Shown here one piece after another: positions 9,340 to 19,468 of a DNA stretch of 56,917 bases. The notes beneath the pieces are model-generated. The model did no database searches, was not told the DNA's origin, and worked only from the letters and a program-made list of their open reading frames with translations. The stretch spans positions 1 through 56,917 of the IMG/VR virus record IMGVR_UViG_3300035660_000009. One strand, given 5' to 3'. The position numbers and the translations under genes are program-made. Source of the stretch: a virus (Duplodnaviria > Caudoviricetes). Position 1 is the stretch's first letter; every line of letters starts with the position of its first letter.

Positions 9340-10044
9340 CTACTTCTCCTTTCCGGCGACCTTGTCACCTTCTGTTGCAACCCCAATCCCCTCTTTCCCG
9401 GGAGACCAGACACAAGCGACAAACAACTGGATGGGAAGAATGGCGATAGGTGAGGGTGTGTCGTTGACAAGAACGTGTGTGTAAAAACACCCCACCAACC
9501 CAACCCCCACCACTTGAGGGTTCACCATAACCAGGTCGTAACCCAACCCGTTACGGGAAAAGACAAGAAGGGGAAGCACACGTTTCGGGCGTGCCGTGGT
9601 CACAGCGACAGATTCTTTCACAGCACCCTGCCACCACTGGACAATAACGGGGTTGGCAATCCTTGGGTTGACCAGATCGCTGAGAGACCATTCCTGCTGA
9701 TTCTTGCACTCAACCAAAAAAGGGAACCCAGAGTCGGGTGGGATGTAGAGGTCGCCGTACGCATACACCTCGCCGTCGTGCTGGTGCTTGTCCCATCCAC
9801 CACTACAGGGTGTACGCCTGAAGGGTTTACCCTGCCACCACTCACCAAGTATCTTCCCCACGTGTGACTCGTACGAGGAACCCTTCGTCTTACCCCGGTG
9901 GGGGTTGAATGGAGGTTTCGCCAACTCCCTAACCCTAGACAACATATCCGGGGGCAGGGTGGTAGCGGAGAGAGCGGAGGACACGAGACTCTGGATCTTC
10001 TCCAGTCGTGCCCTAACCCGCTGCTGGTAGATTACCTTCTCCAT
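9340..10044 (-). CDS. Holliday junction resolvase (PD-(D/E)xK)
   Basis: KTKGSSYE...FRRTPCSGG...GDL...VECKNQ...WWQ...PLLVF. Start assigned at MEKVIY. Confidence 0.8.
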   Translation of the reverse strand: MEKVIYQQRVRARLEKIQSLVSSALSATTLPPDMLSRVRELAKPPFNPHRGKTKGSSYESHVGKILGEWWQGKPFRRTPCSGGWDKHQHDGEVYAYGDLYIPPDSGFPFLVECKNQQEWSLSDLVNPRIANPVIVQWWQGAVKESVAVTTARPKRVLPLLVFSRNGLGYDLVMVNPQVVGVGLVGCFYTHVLVNDTPSPIAILPIQLFVACVWSPGKEGIGVATEGDKVAGKEK

Positions 10045-10189
10045 CCCTCTCTCCTTGCGTACACGTCCAACCAGGAGATGAACTTCCCGAAGAGCCACAC
10101 ACAGAGGAGACCGAACACCCACCAAGAGACATCAATCTCCTGGACAACCCTTGTTACCTCACCGAGCATCGGAAAGCCCTCCAACAGGG

Positions 10190-12151
10190 TTAGAACGTTG
10201 TGCCAGCTTGTTCAGCCAACGAGTGCGGTTCGCCTATCTTGTCACCCCCACGTTCAATCCGTGCCACACCCCCTTCGTTCACAACCCTAACCTTCGAGGG
10301 GAAGAGGTCCTGCATCTTCGCGGAGTGTGTGACGAACCACACCGACCTCCCCCTCCGAGTGAGTTCCGTCAAGAGGGACACCACCCGTTCGGAACCCTCA
10401 CCATCGACGTTTGCTGTCGCTTCATCACATATGAACAACGAGACACCCGCACCGGTCCTGCTCCTGATCAAGTCCTGGAGCGCGAGAGAGACGCAGAAGT
10501 CGACCCTCTGACGCTCGCCAACGGAGTTCCCCTTGTACACCTCCGCACCTTGCTTGTTGTACGCCTGGACGTTAAAGTCCTCCACAACCCTCCCGTCGGT
10601 GAGCTTCTTTTGGGTGCTGAACACGACCTCGATCCCACCGTCAGTAAGGAACTGGGAGTACTCCGCAGCACGTGAGTTTAGGAACCCCGCAACATCGTCC
10701 AACAGGTAACTCTGAATTCCCTTCTTCCCGAATCCCGTAACCCAGAAGTTCACGTACTGGGTGTCCTTCGAGATCCTGTCCAGATGGTCACCCTCCCGCA
10801 CCTGTTCTTGCCTCAACTCAGTGAGTCGTTTGTCGAGGCGGTCGAGTTGGGACGTCCAGGGGTTGACCCTCTTGGTAGTCCCCTCGATTCTCTGGTCGAG
10901 TTGGGCGAGTGTGGCTTGGGAGGATCTCACGCACGCGAGTTGCGCCTCGAGTGTAGCACACTTGCGTTCCAGGTCACGAACCCTGCACTCTAGGTCGTTG
11001 GACTCCCTCATCAAGAGGTCCAGACGTTGGTTCTTCTCCTGTGTGTCCTTTGTGAGTCGACCCAGTTCCGCGATGAGGGTCAGGTGCTTCTGGGTTGTGT
11101 CCCGGAGCTTCTCTTCCAAAACCTTTCTCGCGGAGAGGACGCTTTCGGAGTCGAAGGGACGCTTGCAGGTGGGACACGCCTCACGGATCGAGTGAAGTTC
11201 ACGTTGTTGGTCCAAAACAGTGTCCCACAGTGCCTCTTTCCTCCCCTTCACCTCAACCTCCAAACGGGTAGCTGCATCCACCTCACGCTTGAGGTCCTCC
11301 AACACCTTTCCCTTCGCGAAGACAACCTTTGGGTTGCAAAGCTCACGAAGTTGGGACGAGACGAACCCGAGAGAGGTTGACAGATCGTCCGCACACTTGG
11401 TCTTCTCGAGGACCTCCTCCCTCTGGGTACGTAATGAGGTGAGTTCACCCTCTAGGGTCTTCGAGAACTCCACCTCGCTCTGACTCGCGATCCTGGTGTC
11501 GTCCTTGACCCTTCCCTCCTCCACGTTGAGACGGGTTAGGGTAGCCTCGTGTTTTGCCCTCTCCTGTTGTAGTTCCCCAATCCTGTCCTTCGCACAGGTC
11601 ACGTACTCCTCGAACTCACCTATCCCCGTAACACGTTCGAGGATCCTCTTCTTCTCCGCGTCGGTCGAACCAGCGAACACGGGTGAGTCCTGCCCGATGA
11701 CCACACACTGGGCGAACAACCTGAAGTCCACACCCAACAAGTTCTCCACGTATCGCTGGGTCTCCAACTTGTCCTTCAACTTAACTTCCTCTCCGTCCAC
11801 CTCCACAACCAGTCTATTACCCATCCGAGGGTCGTCTTGGTAGCGGGTAACCGTACAGGGTGTACCGTCTTTGGTGAACCGAACCATTACCTCACACCCA
11901 CTGGTGCTTCCCCTCCGGACGACGTCTCTAGAGGCAAGACCTCTCAAGGTCTCGTTAAATAAACACCAGACCACTGACTCTAAAAGAGATGACTTCCCTG
12001 CCCCATTCGAGTCAGCAAACCCCTTGTCGAGGTTCAACCCAGTCACGAGAGTGGGACCACCGAGGGTGAGGTCGAGTTCCTCCTCGGCGAACGGCATAAA
12101 GTTCCTGAGGTGAACTTTCTGGAACCCAATCATGGGAGACTCCAACGGCAC
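10190..12151 (-). CDS. SbcC/Rad50 (gp46-like) SMC ATPase
   Basis: Walker A NGAGKSS, Q-loop, coiled coil with CPTC zinc hook, variant signature NSVGE, Walker B FICDE, H-loop VTH. Confidence 0.9.
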   Translation of the reverse strand: MPLESPMIGFQKVHLRNFMPFAEEELDLTLGGPTLVTGLNLDKGFADSNGAGKSSLLESVVWCLFNETLRGLASRDVVRRGSTSGCEVMVRFTKDGTPCTVTRYQDDPRMGNRLVVEVDGEEVKLKDKLETQRYVENLLGVDFRLFAQCVVIGQDSPVFAGSTDAEKKRILERVTGIGEFEEYVTCAKDRIGELQQERAKHEATLTRLNVEEGRVKDDTRIASQSEVEFSKTLEGELTSLRTQREEVLEKTKCADDLSTSLGFVSSQLRELCNPKVVFAKGKVLEDLKREVDAATRLEVEVKGRKEALWDTVLDQQRELHSIREACPTCKRPFDSESVLSARKVLEEKLRDTTQKHLTLIAELGRLTKDTQEKNQRLDLLMRESNDLECRVRDLERKCATLEAQLACVRSSQATLAQLDQRIEGTTKRVNPWTSQLDRLDKRLTELRQEQVREGDHLDRISKDTQYVNFWVTGFGKKGIQSYLLDDVAGFLNSRAAEYSQFLTDGGIEVVFSTQKKLTDGRVVEDFNVQAYNKQGAEVYKGNSVGERQRVDFCVSLALQDLIRSRTGAGVSLFICDEATANVDGEGSERVVSLLTELTRRGRSVWFVTHSAKMQDLFPSKVRVVNEGGVARIERGGDKIGEPHSLAEQAGTTF

Positions 12152-12172
12152 CTAAACCTACCGTCATCGTAC

Positions 12173-13261
12173 TCAGGTGGACGCATGACTCACCTTGCCA
12201 TGTACCCGCTTGACTATATCGTTTCCCACCTCAACCAACTTCGTGGGGTCGAAACCCTCCCCGTTCTTCTCCACGTAAACCCTTATGTAGTCGTTCAAGG
12301 AGGGTGGGGGAGAACCCTCGGGTGTGGCAACTCTCACCTCCACCTTCCGAGTACTCTTCTTGTTGAAGACCACCAGAGTGGCACCCATCGTGGTCAAGAC
12401 TTGTGTGACCTTTCCCTCGTCCACCTCACCGGAGTAGTCTACCCTGACCACCTGTTGGTTGAACCTCTCAGGGAGGACGTCACAAAGGGGTGTAGCATCG
12501 AGGTCGAGGATCACGAACCCGGTCGACCTCACCCGAATGTGCTCGATCGTAACCCCATCCGGACCGGGACCGATGGTAACAGCGAGGAACCCCTTCGGTT
12601 CCTCCGCCTCGGAGAAGTCTCTCGCGACCAGCGACCCGACGTACATCACTCCCTCACCCACCGCCTGCATCTTGTGGTAGTGGCCGAAGAAGGAGTGGGT
12701 AGCGTGACGGAAGAGTCTCGGACTACACCCCTCGGGGGGTCTATACTCGTGCTGACCCACCACAGCACCCTCCAACGCGAGATGGCCCACCACGATGTGG
12801 GGTGCCGCGTTGTCGTACAACACGAACTCGGCTAGGGTTTGGGGGAGGTCCGCGTAGTGGGTTGTGTAGGGGACGAAGAGAACGTGGCAATCGGGGTAGG
12901 TCTTCATCCGGGGTTCACCCAATACGATCTCGTCCACGTCATTCCGTAACCCGAACAGGATGGACTCACCGAGGTTTCCCACATCGTGGTTCCCACCGAC
13001 GAGCACGGTCTTCACCCGGTCCTTCCACCGCTCGAAAAACCTCGAGACGGTGTTGAAGACCTCGGTTTGGACCCTCTCACCTGAGTGGAAGAGATCGCCA
13101 GCGCAAAAAACATCAGTGATCCCGTTCTCGACACACCAAGAGTACATCCGCTCCATTGCACTCAGGGTCTCCATCACCCTCGAGTTCATCCCGGACGAGT
13201 GCACGGAGGAGAACATCGAGAAGGGGTGGATATGAGTGTCTGAAAAAATCGCTACTCTCAT
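12173..13261 (-). CDS. SbcD/Mre11 (gp47-like) nuclease
   Basis: Metallophosphoesterase motifs SDTH, GDLFH, GNHD, GH and GHYH. Confidence 0.9.
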   Translation of the reverse strand: MRVAIFSDTHIHPFSMFSSVHSSGMNSRVMETLSAMERMYSWCVENGITDVFCAGDLFHSGERVQTEVFNTVSRFFERWKDRVKTVLVGGNHDVGNLGESILFGLRNDVDEIVLGEPRMKTYPDCHVLFVPYTTHYADLPQTLAEFVLYDNAAPHIVVGHLALEGAVVGQHEYRPPEGCSPRLFRHATHSFFGHYHKMQAVGEGVMYVGSLVARDFSEAEEPKGFLAVTIGPGPDGVTIEHIRVRSTGFVILDLDATPLCDVLPERFNQQVVRVDYSGEVDEGKVTQVLTTMGATLVVFNKKSTRKVEVRVATPEGSPPPSLNDYIRVYVEKNGEGFDPTKLVEVGNDIVKRVHGKVSHAST

Positions 13262-13971
13262 TGGTGTAACTCCCTCTCCGTCCAGACGACGAACGTCATC
13301 CCGTGCTCTGTGCACCAACGGCGTCCGGCTTCGAACCTCGACTCCTTCACCTCAAGTTGCCACTCTGCAACCACCTCAACCAACTCTTGTTTCCCGGAAC
13401 GGTACGTGACGAGGATGTCCGGGATGTACCTATGGGGTGAACCATCTTCTCGGAAGTATGGAATCGAGAATGGTTCCGGAACGAAGGAGACAACCTCCGA
13501 TAACTGCTCCAAGAGTTTGTATGCCAGCAACTCGTAGGACGACCGGTAGTGTAGCCTCTTTCCGTTCTTCGCCGAGTCGAAGTAGCCACCACGTCCTTGC
13601 CGTTCCGGGTGGAATTTTCCCTCGAGGATAAGCCGAGACATAGTTGAGGACTTCTTCGCACGTACCTCTGGTCGCTTGCACGGGTGCTTGTCACCCCTAA
13701 CCTTCTCAAGAACGATCGGGTTCCTCATTGGATTTCGGTCGCCAAGCATTCGTTGCCTAGAGGCCTCTTTCTGCGACTCCGTGACGGTATGACCCAACCC
13801 GAACCGGTTGCCCAACCTAGCCAACCGGATCTTCTCCCTCACTTCAAGTCGCTTACTAGGGTTCTTATCGCCACGCACCGACAAGTGTGGACCCACGGCA
13901 TTCCTACTACCAAGCATTGACAGACGAATCCTCTCTTTCGCCTTCGAGGTGTGCAGTTGCCCCACTCTCAT
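13258..13971 (-). CDS. NUMOD3 + TnsA-like endonuclease-fold protein (copy 1)
   Basis: HTSKAKERI and GDKNP repeats; YRSSYEL...EPFSIPY...YIPDILV...LVEV...FVVWTE. Confidence 0.8.
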   Translation of the reverse strand: MRVGQLHTSKAKERIRLSMLGSRNAVGPHLSVRGDKNPSKRLEVREKIRLARLGNRFGLGHTVTESQKEASRQRMLGDRNPMRNPIVLEKVRGDKHPCKRPEVRAKKSSTMSRLILEGKFHPERQGRGGYFDSAKNGKRLHYRSSYELLAYKLLEQLSEVVSFVPEPFSIPYFREDGSPHRYIPDILVTYRSGKQELVEVVAEWQLEVKESRFEAGRRWCTEHGMTFVVWTERELHQ

Positions 13972-13973
13972 AG

Positions 13974-14171
13974 CTACGAACCCTCCTCCAGGTCAGCAAG
14001 GTCGTGCTTCTGCAGGAGGTCAGTGATGGCCCCGCGGATGAGTTCAGCCTTGCTCTTCTTCAACTTCCGAGACAGTTCCCGCAACCGAGCGAGGTCACGT
14101 GGGTCGGCGGAATAGGAGTCACCCACCAACCTGACTTCCTCCACGTTTGGCATGTTTGGCACGCTCACCAC
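13974..14171 (-). CDS. ribbon-helix-helix DNA-binding protein
   Basis: LARLRELSRKLKKSKAELIRGAITDLLQKH. Confidence 0.7.
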   Translation of the reverse strand: MVSVPNMPNVEEVRLVGDSYSADPRDLARLRELSRKLKKSKAELIRGAITDLLQKHDLADLEEGS

Positions 14172-14174
14172 CTC

Positions 14175-15227
14175 CTACTTCAACCTTCCGGAGCAGTAAC
14201 CGAATAGCTCCCGCCGTAAGGTGGGAAAGGTGTCCAGGATCAACTTCCAGTTCTTCTTCCTGAACCTCAAGACCCCATCCGCGATCGTTCCCACCACACT
14301 TACATCGACCCCAGGAGGAAGTACCTGCGAATCCAATCCGTAGTAACCACCACCGGTAGTCTTGACCAAACCATGCTCAATTGCGACCTCCAACAAGGAA
14401 GTGCACTCGTCGATACCACCCTCGTTCATGATCCTCACCTTGCACTCGCCGAACGGGGGACCAATTTGGCTCTTCGTGCACCGAACCTTAACCTCGATCC
14501 CGTCCTTCTCCTCCAAGATGGACCTCCCCAGAACCTGGAGGATCAGGGAGGAGTGGAAGTTTATCGGTCTCTCCGCGATATAGGTCTCGGGTACGGGACC
14601 GAACCCTTGACCAGCACCGATGTTCTCCTTCGGTTGGCACACAAAGATGAGTGCCATCCGCGACTTCTCGATCATCCCGTCACCCACCAACCGACGGAGG
14701 TTAAATGATGTAATCCTCGCTGAACTCGCCACCTCACCACGGTCGGCGTCGAACTCAGCATCGACCTCGTTCTTTGTGGGTGTTCCCGAGTGAGAGTCGA
14801 CCACAAAAAGGATGGGTTGTGGTGCACCGGTACCGATCGCAACGTCAGCAACCCTGTGGACCAACGCGAACACCTGCTCGAGGTAGAGTTGTTGGTAGAG
14901 GAGTACGTTGTTCAGGTCAACACCCATCTCCGCGACTCTGTTAGGCGCGAGTTTACCCTCGGTGTCGCACGCTATCACAAGTGCACCCATCCTCTGCGCG
15001 TTCGCCATCAGGTGGATAGTCAGAGTGGTCTTCCCGAATCCTGGCTTCCCCACGATCGCGGTCAACCTACCCACGGGAACTCCAGGTCTACCGATCACCC
15101 CGTCGATGAGAGTTGACCCGGTGGATACCCACTCCTTCACCCCACAAGGTGGGAGTTCGGACAGTCTCCGGGTCGCGATCTTGTCCTTCTCTTGGACACA
15201 CTGTGCGATGTCGTCTGCAAGACTCAC
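14175..15227 (-). CDS. recA: RecA/UvsX-like recombinase
   Basis: STGS.LID..IG..GVPVGR, Walker A GKPGFGKTT, DTE, Walker B VVDS. Confidence 0.9.
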   Translation of the reverse strand: MSLADDIAQCVQEKDKIATRRLSELPPCGVKEWVSTGSTLIDGVIGRPGVPVGRLTAIVGKPGFGKTTLTIHLMANAQRMGALVIACDTEGKLAPNRVAEMGVDLNNVLLYQQLYLEQVFALVHRVADVAIGTGAPQPILFVVDSHSGTPTKNEVDAEFDADRGEVASSARITSFNLRRLVGDGMIEKSRMALIFVCQPKENIGAGQGFGPVPETYIAERPINFHSSLILQVLGRSILEEKDGIEVKVRCTKSQIGPPFGECKVRIMNEGGIDECTSLLEVAIEHGLVKTTGGGYYGLDSQVLPPGVDVSVVGTIADGVLRFRKKNWKLILDTFPTLRRELFGYCSGRLK

Positions 15228-15235
15228 TGGTCACC

Positions 15236-16207
15236 TTACGCGGGCCACCCGCACTGCACCTTGAACTCACACTTGAGACACTCGGGTGACTTCTGGTCGT
15301 ACATCCGCCTGAAGCACCTGGGTGTCGGTTGAGTGGTAACGGGTTGCGCTTGAGGTGTGGGGTTGCACGCCACCTTGCAGTGCACACCGAACGCACACGC
15401 AGCGCACATCGGGTCGGTCGCGGCGAACTCCTTTCCGAAGCAACGCGGTTGACGCCCACTGATAAGTATGGGAAGCGTCTGCGGTTCCACTGAAGTGGGT
15501 GCGGGTTGTGCCTGAGCAGCGGGTTGTGCCTGAACCTGCCCTCGCGCCTTCTCCTGGGTGAACCGGGACAGGACATCCTCCCCTTTGAGGATCGCTTGCT
15601 GCTCCTCGTAGGTGAATATGACGAAGGCCCGACTGAGGTCGGGGAGGTTCACCAACCAGTCCTGGTTCGCGAGTGGTGAGGGGTTCCTAGCGGCGTTCAG
15701 GGTGTATAGGGGTTGGGCACCCTTCGGTCCTCGCGAGATGGTGATGTCGAACCCTCTCGCGGGGTCGGTGATGTCACCGTAGTCGGGGTGGACGTCGAAC
15801 TTCATCAACTCTCGCATGATCTGGATCCCGGACCTGTAGGACTGGGCACCCACGTCCGGGTGGAGGAGGTCGACGAGGTTGAAGGCTGCACCCCACTGTG
15901 CAGGGGTGATGTCCGAGTCGCCCAACTTCGCACCCTGTTGCTGGAACCTGTCCACCTCCTCACACGCGGCACACCTTGTGCCACCGTGCTTGAGGAGACA
16001 CGGTACGACCACCCGCTTGGGACCCACGTTCCAGTGGAGAGTCCACTCGTACCACCACTGTTTGATGTTGAGTGCCCAAGGGGGCATGACCCTGACCCGG
16101 TTCATCCCATCCTTGGGTTGCCACCTGTCCCCAGCCATGAGTCGCTCGTAGAACTTCTGAGCCTCGGTGGGGTCCGCCTTACCGAAAGACGTCGGTACTT
16201 GGGTCAT
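15236..16207 (-). CDS. gp32-like single-stranded DNA-binding protein with two C-terminal Cys modules
   Basis: GMNRVRVMPP...HW...C.....C.AC and YGDITDP.RGFDI; adjacent to recA. Confidence 0.75.
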   Translation of the reverse strand: MTQVPTSFGKADPTEAQKFYERLMAGDRWQPKDGMNRVRVMPPWALNIKQWWYEWTLHWNVGPKRVVVPCLLKHGGTRCAACEEVDRFQQQGAKLGDSDITPAQWGAAFNLVDLLHPDVGAQSYRSGIQIMRELMKFDVHPDYGDITDPARGFDITISRGPKGAQPLYTLNAARNPSPLANQDWLVNLPDLSRAFVIFTYEEQQAILKGEDVLSRFTQEKARGQVQAQPAAQAQPAPTSVEPQTLPILISGRQPRCFGKEFAATDPMCAACAFGVHCKVACNPTPQAQPVTTQPTPRCFRRMYDQKSPECLKCEFKVQCGWPA

Positions 16208-16304
16208 CTTGTCTCTCCTAACCCTTGTGTCCGTTAACGTGGTTTCTTCACATCATATTATATGGCAACCACCCACGAGGTCCCACACAATTTCAACCAC
16301 TCCT

Positions 16305-16724
16305 TTACCCTTTCGCGGCTTCGGCGGTCCCGCCCAGCAGGGCTACCAGGGTTCTGCGCAATCCGGCGATGTCGGCCATGCCTATACCAGACCATTCATC
16401 TACATTTGCAATCCCACCTGGCGCATGAGGGGATAGTTCGTCTATCAAACGTTGGATGCCTGCCCGTAGCGCCTTGATTTCACGCGCCTGCGACTTCACA
16501 ATCGCTTCGGCGTAGGCCGTCCAAGTACTTCCGCAGATTTCCCATTTGTCTCGCTGTTCCTCTTTCGGAGCAAGCAAGGCTGCCTCAATGTATGCGCGTT
16601 CGCGCTTGACGGCTTCTTGCCGCAACCGCTCGACCTCGTCTAGCAGTGCAAGGACCTCCGACCCCTGAATGCAACCCGTCTCCTCGTATTCGGCCCGAAT
16701 GTCGGCGAATCTCTTGTCGGTCAT
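16305..16724 (-). CDS. hypothetical protein (GpC-rich island)
   Basis: VLALLDEVERLR motif typical of small phage proteins; RBS AAGGGG. Confidence 0.6.
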   Translation of the reverse strand: MTDKRFADIRAEYEETGCIQGSEVLALLDEVERLRQEAVKRERAYIEAALLAPKEEQRDKWEICGSTWTAYAEAIVKSQAREIKALRAGIQRLIDELSPHAPGGIANVDEWSGIGMADIAGLRRTLVALLGGTAEAAKG

Positions 16725-16771
16725 GGCTTCCCCTTCGCGGCTTCGGCGGCCGGGTCAGGCGGCCCAAATTC

Positions 16772-17704
16772 TTAAATGTGTGCCCCCCACAATTCCAACT
16801 TATGCATTGTCTTTTCGGCTCGTTGCCGCCACTGGTGAAGTTTTACTGGCAGTAAGTCATCTGGCATCTTAGAGAGCATGTGTCGCATCTCCCAAAGGCG
16901 CGCGTGAGCGGATGTTGCAACGGACTTCAGTTTGTCGTACTGGCATGGCGTCTCCTTCTCGGTGCGCGATTCTGAAACCTCCAGCGCTGCGAGCATCGCA
17001 ATCATGCTCCCGCATTCCTTCTTCCATAGGCAGCAGGCGAACCACGTGCCGTTCATAGGCTGCATCGACGTGGCGACCGAGAACGCGCCGCACTGAGTCT
17101 TGAGCAAGGAGATTTGCCGATGCAACTGGCGGATCTCGGTGCGCTGATTCTTTGCATGGGCCTCGGCCTGCTCCGCGCGGAAGAACGCCTGGTCGGCGAC
17201 CCCCCGCTGCTGGCTCGCGTTTTCTTCTGCCGCGATGGCCCCTGCCTCGGCCTTCTCGCGCCCAGCCTTCTCGGCGTCCCGCTCCGCCGTGCGCTGGGCG
17301 AGTCGCACTTCCGCACAGCGTCGGCCGGAGTGGAATATGCCGCCAAGTTCCCACCAACCAGTTGTTTGCCAGCGCCCAGACTCAACAAACTCCACGTCCT
17401 TACCGCACTTCGGGCACTTCTTCGGTTCGCTCATCGCTCGTCCTCCTTCTGCCCCGACCTCGACGCTAGTCATCGTCGTCGCTCCTTCCCGCCGCGCGAC
17501 ATCAGCCGCCTCTTTGCTGTGGTATATCAAAGTGTCGCATTCGCCAGACGGGTCCGGCCCGGCGTAGCCAGGAAAGCATCTGTCAAAAGATTCGCCGCAA
17601 GGCGCAAGGTCGTCTAGGCCGCACCCGCACTCGCCGGTATCGGACACCAACCCATCGTAGCCCTTCTCCTTAAGACAGGCTTTTAGAAACTCTAGTGCGT
17701 TCAT
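16772..17704 (-). CDS. hypothetical protein, apparently an in-frame fusion of 2-3 small genes
   Basis: Internal in-frame GGAG+ATG at ~17473 and ~17434; Cys-rich N-terminal part followed by CPKC and coiled coil. Confidence 0.55.
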   Translation of the reverse strand: MNALEFLKACLKEKGYDGLVSDTGECGCGLDDLAPCGESFDRCFPGYAGPDPSGECDTLIYHSKEAADVARREGATTMTSVEVGAEGGRAMSEPKKCPKCGKDVEFVESGRWQTTGWWELGGIFHSGRRCAEVRLAQRTAERDAEKAGREKAEAGAIAAEENASQQRGVADQAFFRAEQAEAHAKNQRTEIRQLHRQISLLKTQCGAFSVATSMQPMNGTWFACCLWKKECGSMIAMLAALEVSESRTEKETPCQYDKLKSVATSAHARLWEMRHMLSKMPDDLLPVKLHQWRQRAEKTMHKLELWGAHI

Positions 17705-18120
17705 GGCTTGCTCTCCTTCTGGCACGCCTCGACCGCGGCAACTGCGGCGTCGAGATACGTCTTAAAGCGACTTGGCAATCGCGCGGGCAGCCAACGCCGC
17801 CAACCCTCGCACGTCAATATCTCACACTTGTAATCCGGTCCGCGCAGATGCCGCTCCACAAACCACCAGCCGTCCGCGTGCAGCAGAATATAGGCTTTCT
17901 TCTCCACCAACCGCTCCCTCAGCCACTTCTCGCAGATGGCGTGGACCTCGTACTCTGTCCTCTCAATCGCGTCATCGCTGTAACAATGCTCGTGCTTGTA
18001 TTTGCTCCCGGTTCTCCACCCACCCCACGGGTCACGCCACAAGACCTGAAGGGCGGGACTATACCACTCCGGCCAGGGCTTGCTGAATACGGACGCCAGA
18101 CGCTTGTTCAGGTCAGGCAT
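17701..18120 (-). CDS. hypothetical protein (island)
   Basis: 139 aa with AAGGAG RBS inside the repeat. Confidence 0.6.
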   Translation of the reverse strand: MPDLNKRLASVFSKPWPEWYSPALQVLWRDPWGGWRTGSKYKHEHCYSDDAIERTEYEVHAICEKWLRERLVEKKAYILLHADGWWFVERHLRGPDYKCEILTCEGWRRWLPARLPSRFKTYLDAAVAAVEACQKESKP

Positions 18121-18144
18121 CGTCGCTCCTTCCCGCCGCGTGGG

Positions 18145-18366
18145 TCATGGTTCTCTCAGTTTGGCCAATACGCGACCAATTAACCAGCAATCACTCCGGT
18201 TAACCTGTAAATCAAATATCTCCGTGGGCAACTTAAAGCAGATTCGGTGCGTGTTGAAGTCCTCCTCGTGTTGCACGGGTGCTGGAAGCCGCCCACCGCA
18301 TATCAGTTGCCAACCCGCCAAGAAACCACAATCAGTGTGCGGACACCATTCGGGTTTTGCATTCAT
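18145..18366 (-). CDS. small Cys/His-rich hypothetical protein
   Basis: CPHTDC...CGG...H.IC; AAGGAG RBS. Confidence 0.6.
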   Translation of the reverse strand: MNAKPEWCPHTDCGFLAGWQLICGGRLPAPVQHEEDFNTHRICFKLPTEIFDLQVNRSDCWLIGRVLAKLREP

Positions 18367-18428
18367 GGATGCGACTCCTTCCCGCCGGGCGGGTCATTCT
18401 CCCGCACCCGTCTCACGGCTTACCGCGA

Positions 18429-18482
18429 CTTGGTTGACGAACCCAGATTGGGTTGCTTGGTTGACGAACCCAGGTCGGGTTG
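18429..18482. repeat. 27-bp tandem duplication
   Basis: cttggttgacgaacccagattgggttg and cttggttgacgaacccaggtcgggttg, within ORF 18420-18608. Confidence 0.85.
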
Positions 18483-18623
18483 CTCGATAGGAGCGTACCG
18501 AGCACGTCCGCATTTGGGGCAAACGTGCTCGACGGTCCCGTACATCGTCTGTCGAGACTTCGACCTGCGCATCGGGATCTTGCACACCGAACATGTGGGT
18601 CGCATCACTTCCTCCTTAACGGT

Positions 18624-19034
18624 CTAGGTTCCGGGAGTGGGTGGGTCGGGAGCGGGTACGCACCACCTCTTGCGCCACCCCTCGAGCCAGTCCGGGTGGT
18701 CGGTCTTGTGGCGCAAAGCCAACCAAGCACCCACCAACTCCAGGTCACCGTAGGTTTGGAGGTGCCCCCAAGGTGTCTCCACCCACTTGGGGCACTCGTT
18801 GTACAACAAGGAGCAGATGGAGAACAACGTTGTCCGGTTCTCCTCGTCAGCCCGTCCCATGGCTTCCATAAGGTCGTTGGACAGGACCGCTCGCAGGAAG
18901 CCTCCGGGAGGGACGAAGTCGGTGAAGTACGCACGAAGAGCCTCTCGCGTCCGCTGGGGCACATGTGCGTACTCGGCTTGGTCAAAGTTTAGCATCACCC
19001 ACCTCCTTCTTTGTGTCCTCAACACCATCAACAC
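18624..19034 (-). CDS. hypothetical phage protein
   Basis: PPGGFLRAVLSNDL...RADEEN motif; true start probably MLNFDQ (~18995). Confidence 0.7.
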   Translation of the reverse strand: MLMVLRTQRRRWVMLNFDQAEYAHVPQRTREALRAYFTDFVPPGGFLRAVLSNDLMEAMGRADEENRTTLFSICSLLYNECPKWVETPWGHLQTYGDLELVGAWLALRHKTDHPDWLEGWRKRWCVPAPDPPTPGT

Positions 19035-19105
19035 GAGTCCTCACCCCGTCTTCGTGGTCCAGAAGGTAGTCGTTGTACGAGACTCGTACCCAACAGCCGG
19101 GGTCG

Positions 19106-19459
19106 TCACACCGAGATTGTACCAACACCTCGTACACCTTCGACTCTACCTTCCGCCTTGCCATCGTCAACCTCTTTCTTCACATTCCTTGCCAAAGCGA
19201 GTTGGTACACACCCATCCGACATTTGTCCCTCGGTGACCGTTCGATCTGGCCGTGGTGAGCACAAGGCGTATTCTTGTACCACCGCTTGTTGTGGATCGC
19301 GCAACGATACTTACCGGGTTCACTGCCCCTCTGGTGCTTACAAGATTTGCCACCACCCTCGTGGAACACGAGGTTTCCTTCAACTGGTCCCTTAGCAGGG
19401 CCGTCAACAATGACGACCGATAGCCACTTGCAACAGTAGCCACACCGCAAGCAGATCAC
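19106..19459 (-). CDS. YkgJ-like cysteine-cluster protein
   Basis: CLRCGYCC...CKH...CAIH...PC. Confidence 0.65.
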   Translation of the reverse strand: MICLRCGYCCKWLSVVIVDGPAKGPVEGNLVFHEGGGKSCKHQRGSEPGKYRCAIHNKRWYKNTPCAHHGQIERSPRDKCRMGVYQLALARNVKKEVDDGKAEGRVEGVRGVGTISV

Positions 19460-19468
19460 AATTGCACC

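Larger units (their letters stand above)
17476..18387 (-). repeat. dispersed RBS-containing direct repeat CGCGGCGGGAAGGAGCGACGA
   Basis: 21-bp exact copies at 17476-17496 and 18120-18140, 13-bp core at 18375-18387. A second 16-bp repeat lies at 16312-16327 and 16734-16749. Confidence 0.8.

Noticed and set aside
13258-13971. TnsA-like genes as evidence of a Tn7 transposon
   Set aside because: No TnsB/TnsC genes or terminal repeats. The NUMOD3 fusion fits free-standing homing endonucleases.
18429-18482. 27-bp tandem duplication as a regulatory or mini-CRISPR element
   Set aside because: Only two adjacent copies, in frame within a small ORF; best explained as a slippage duplication.
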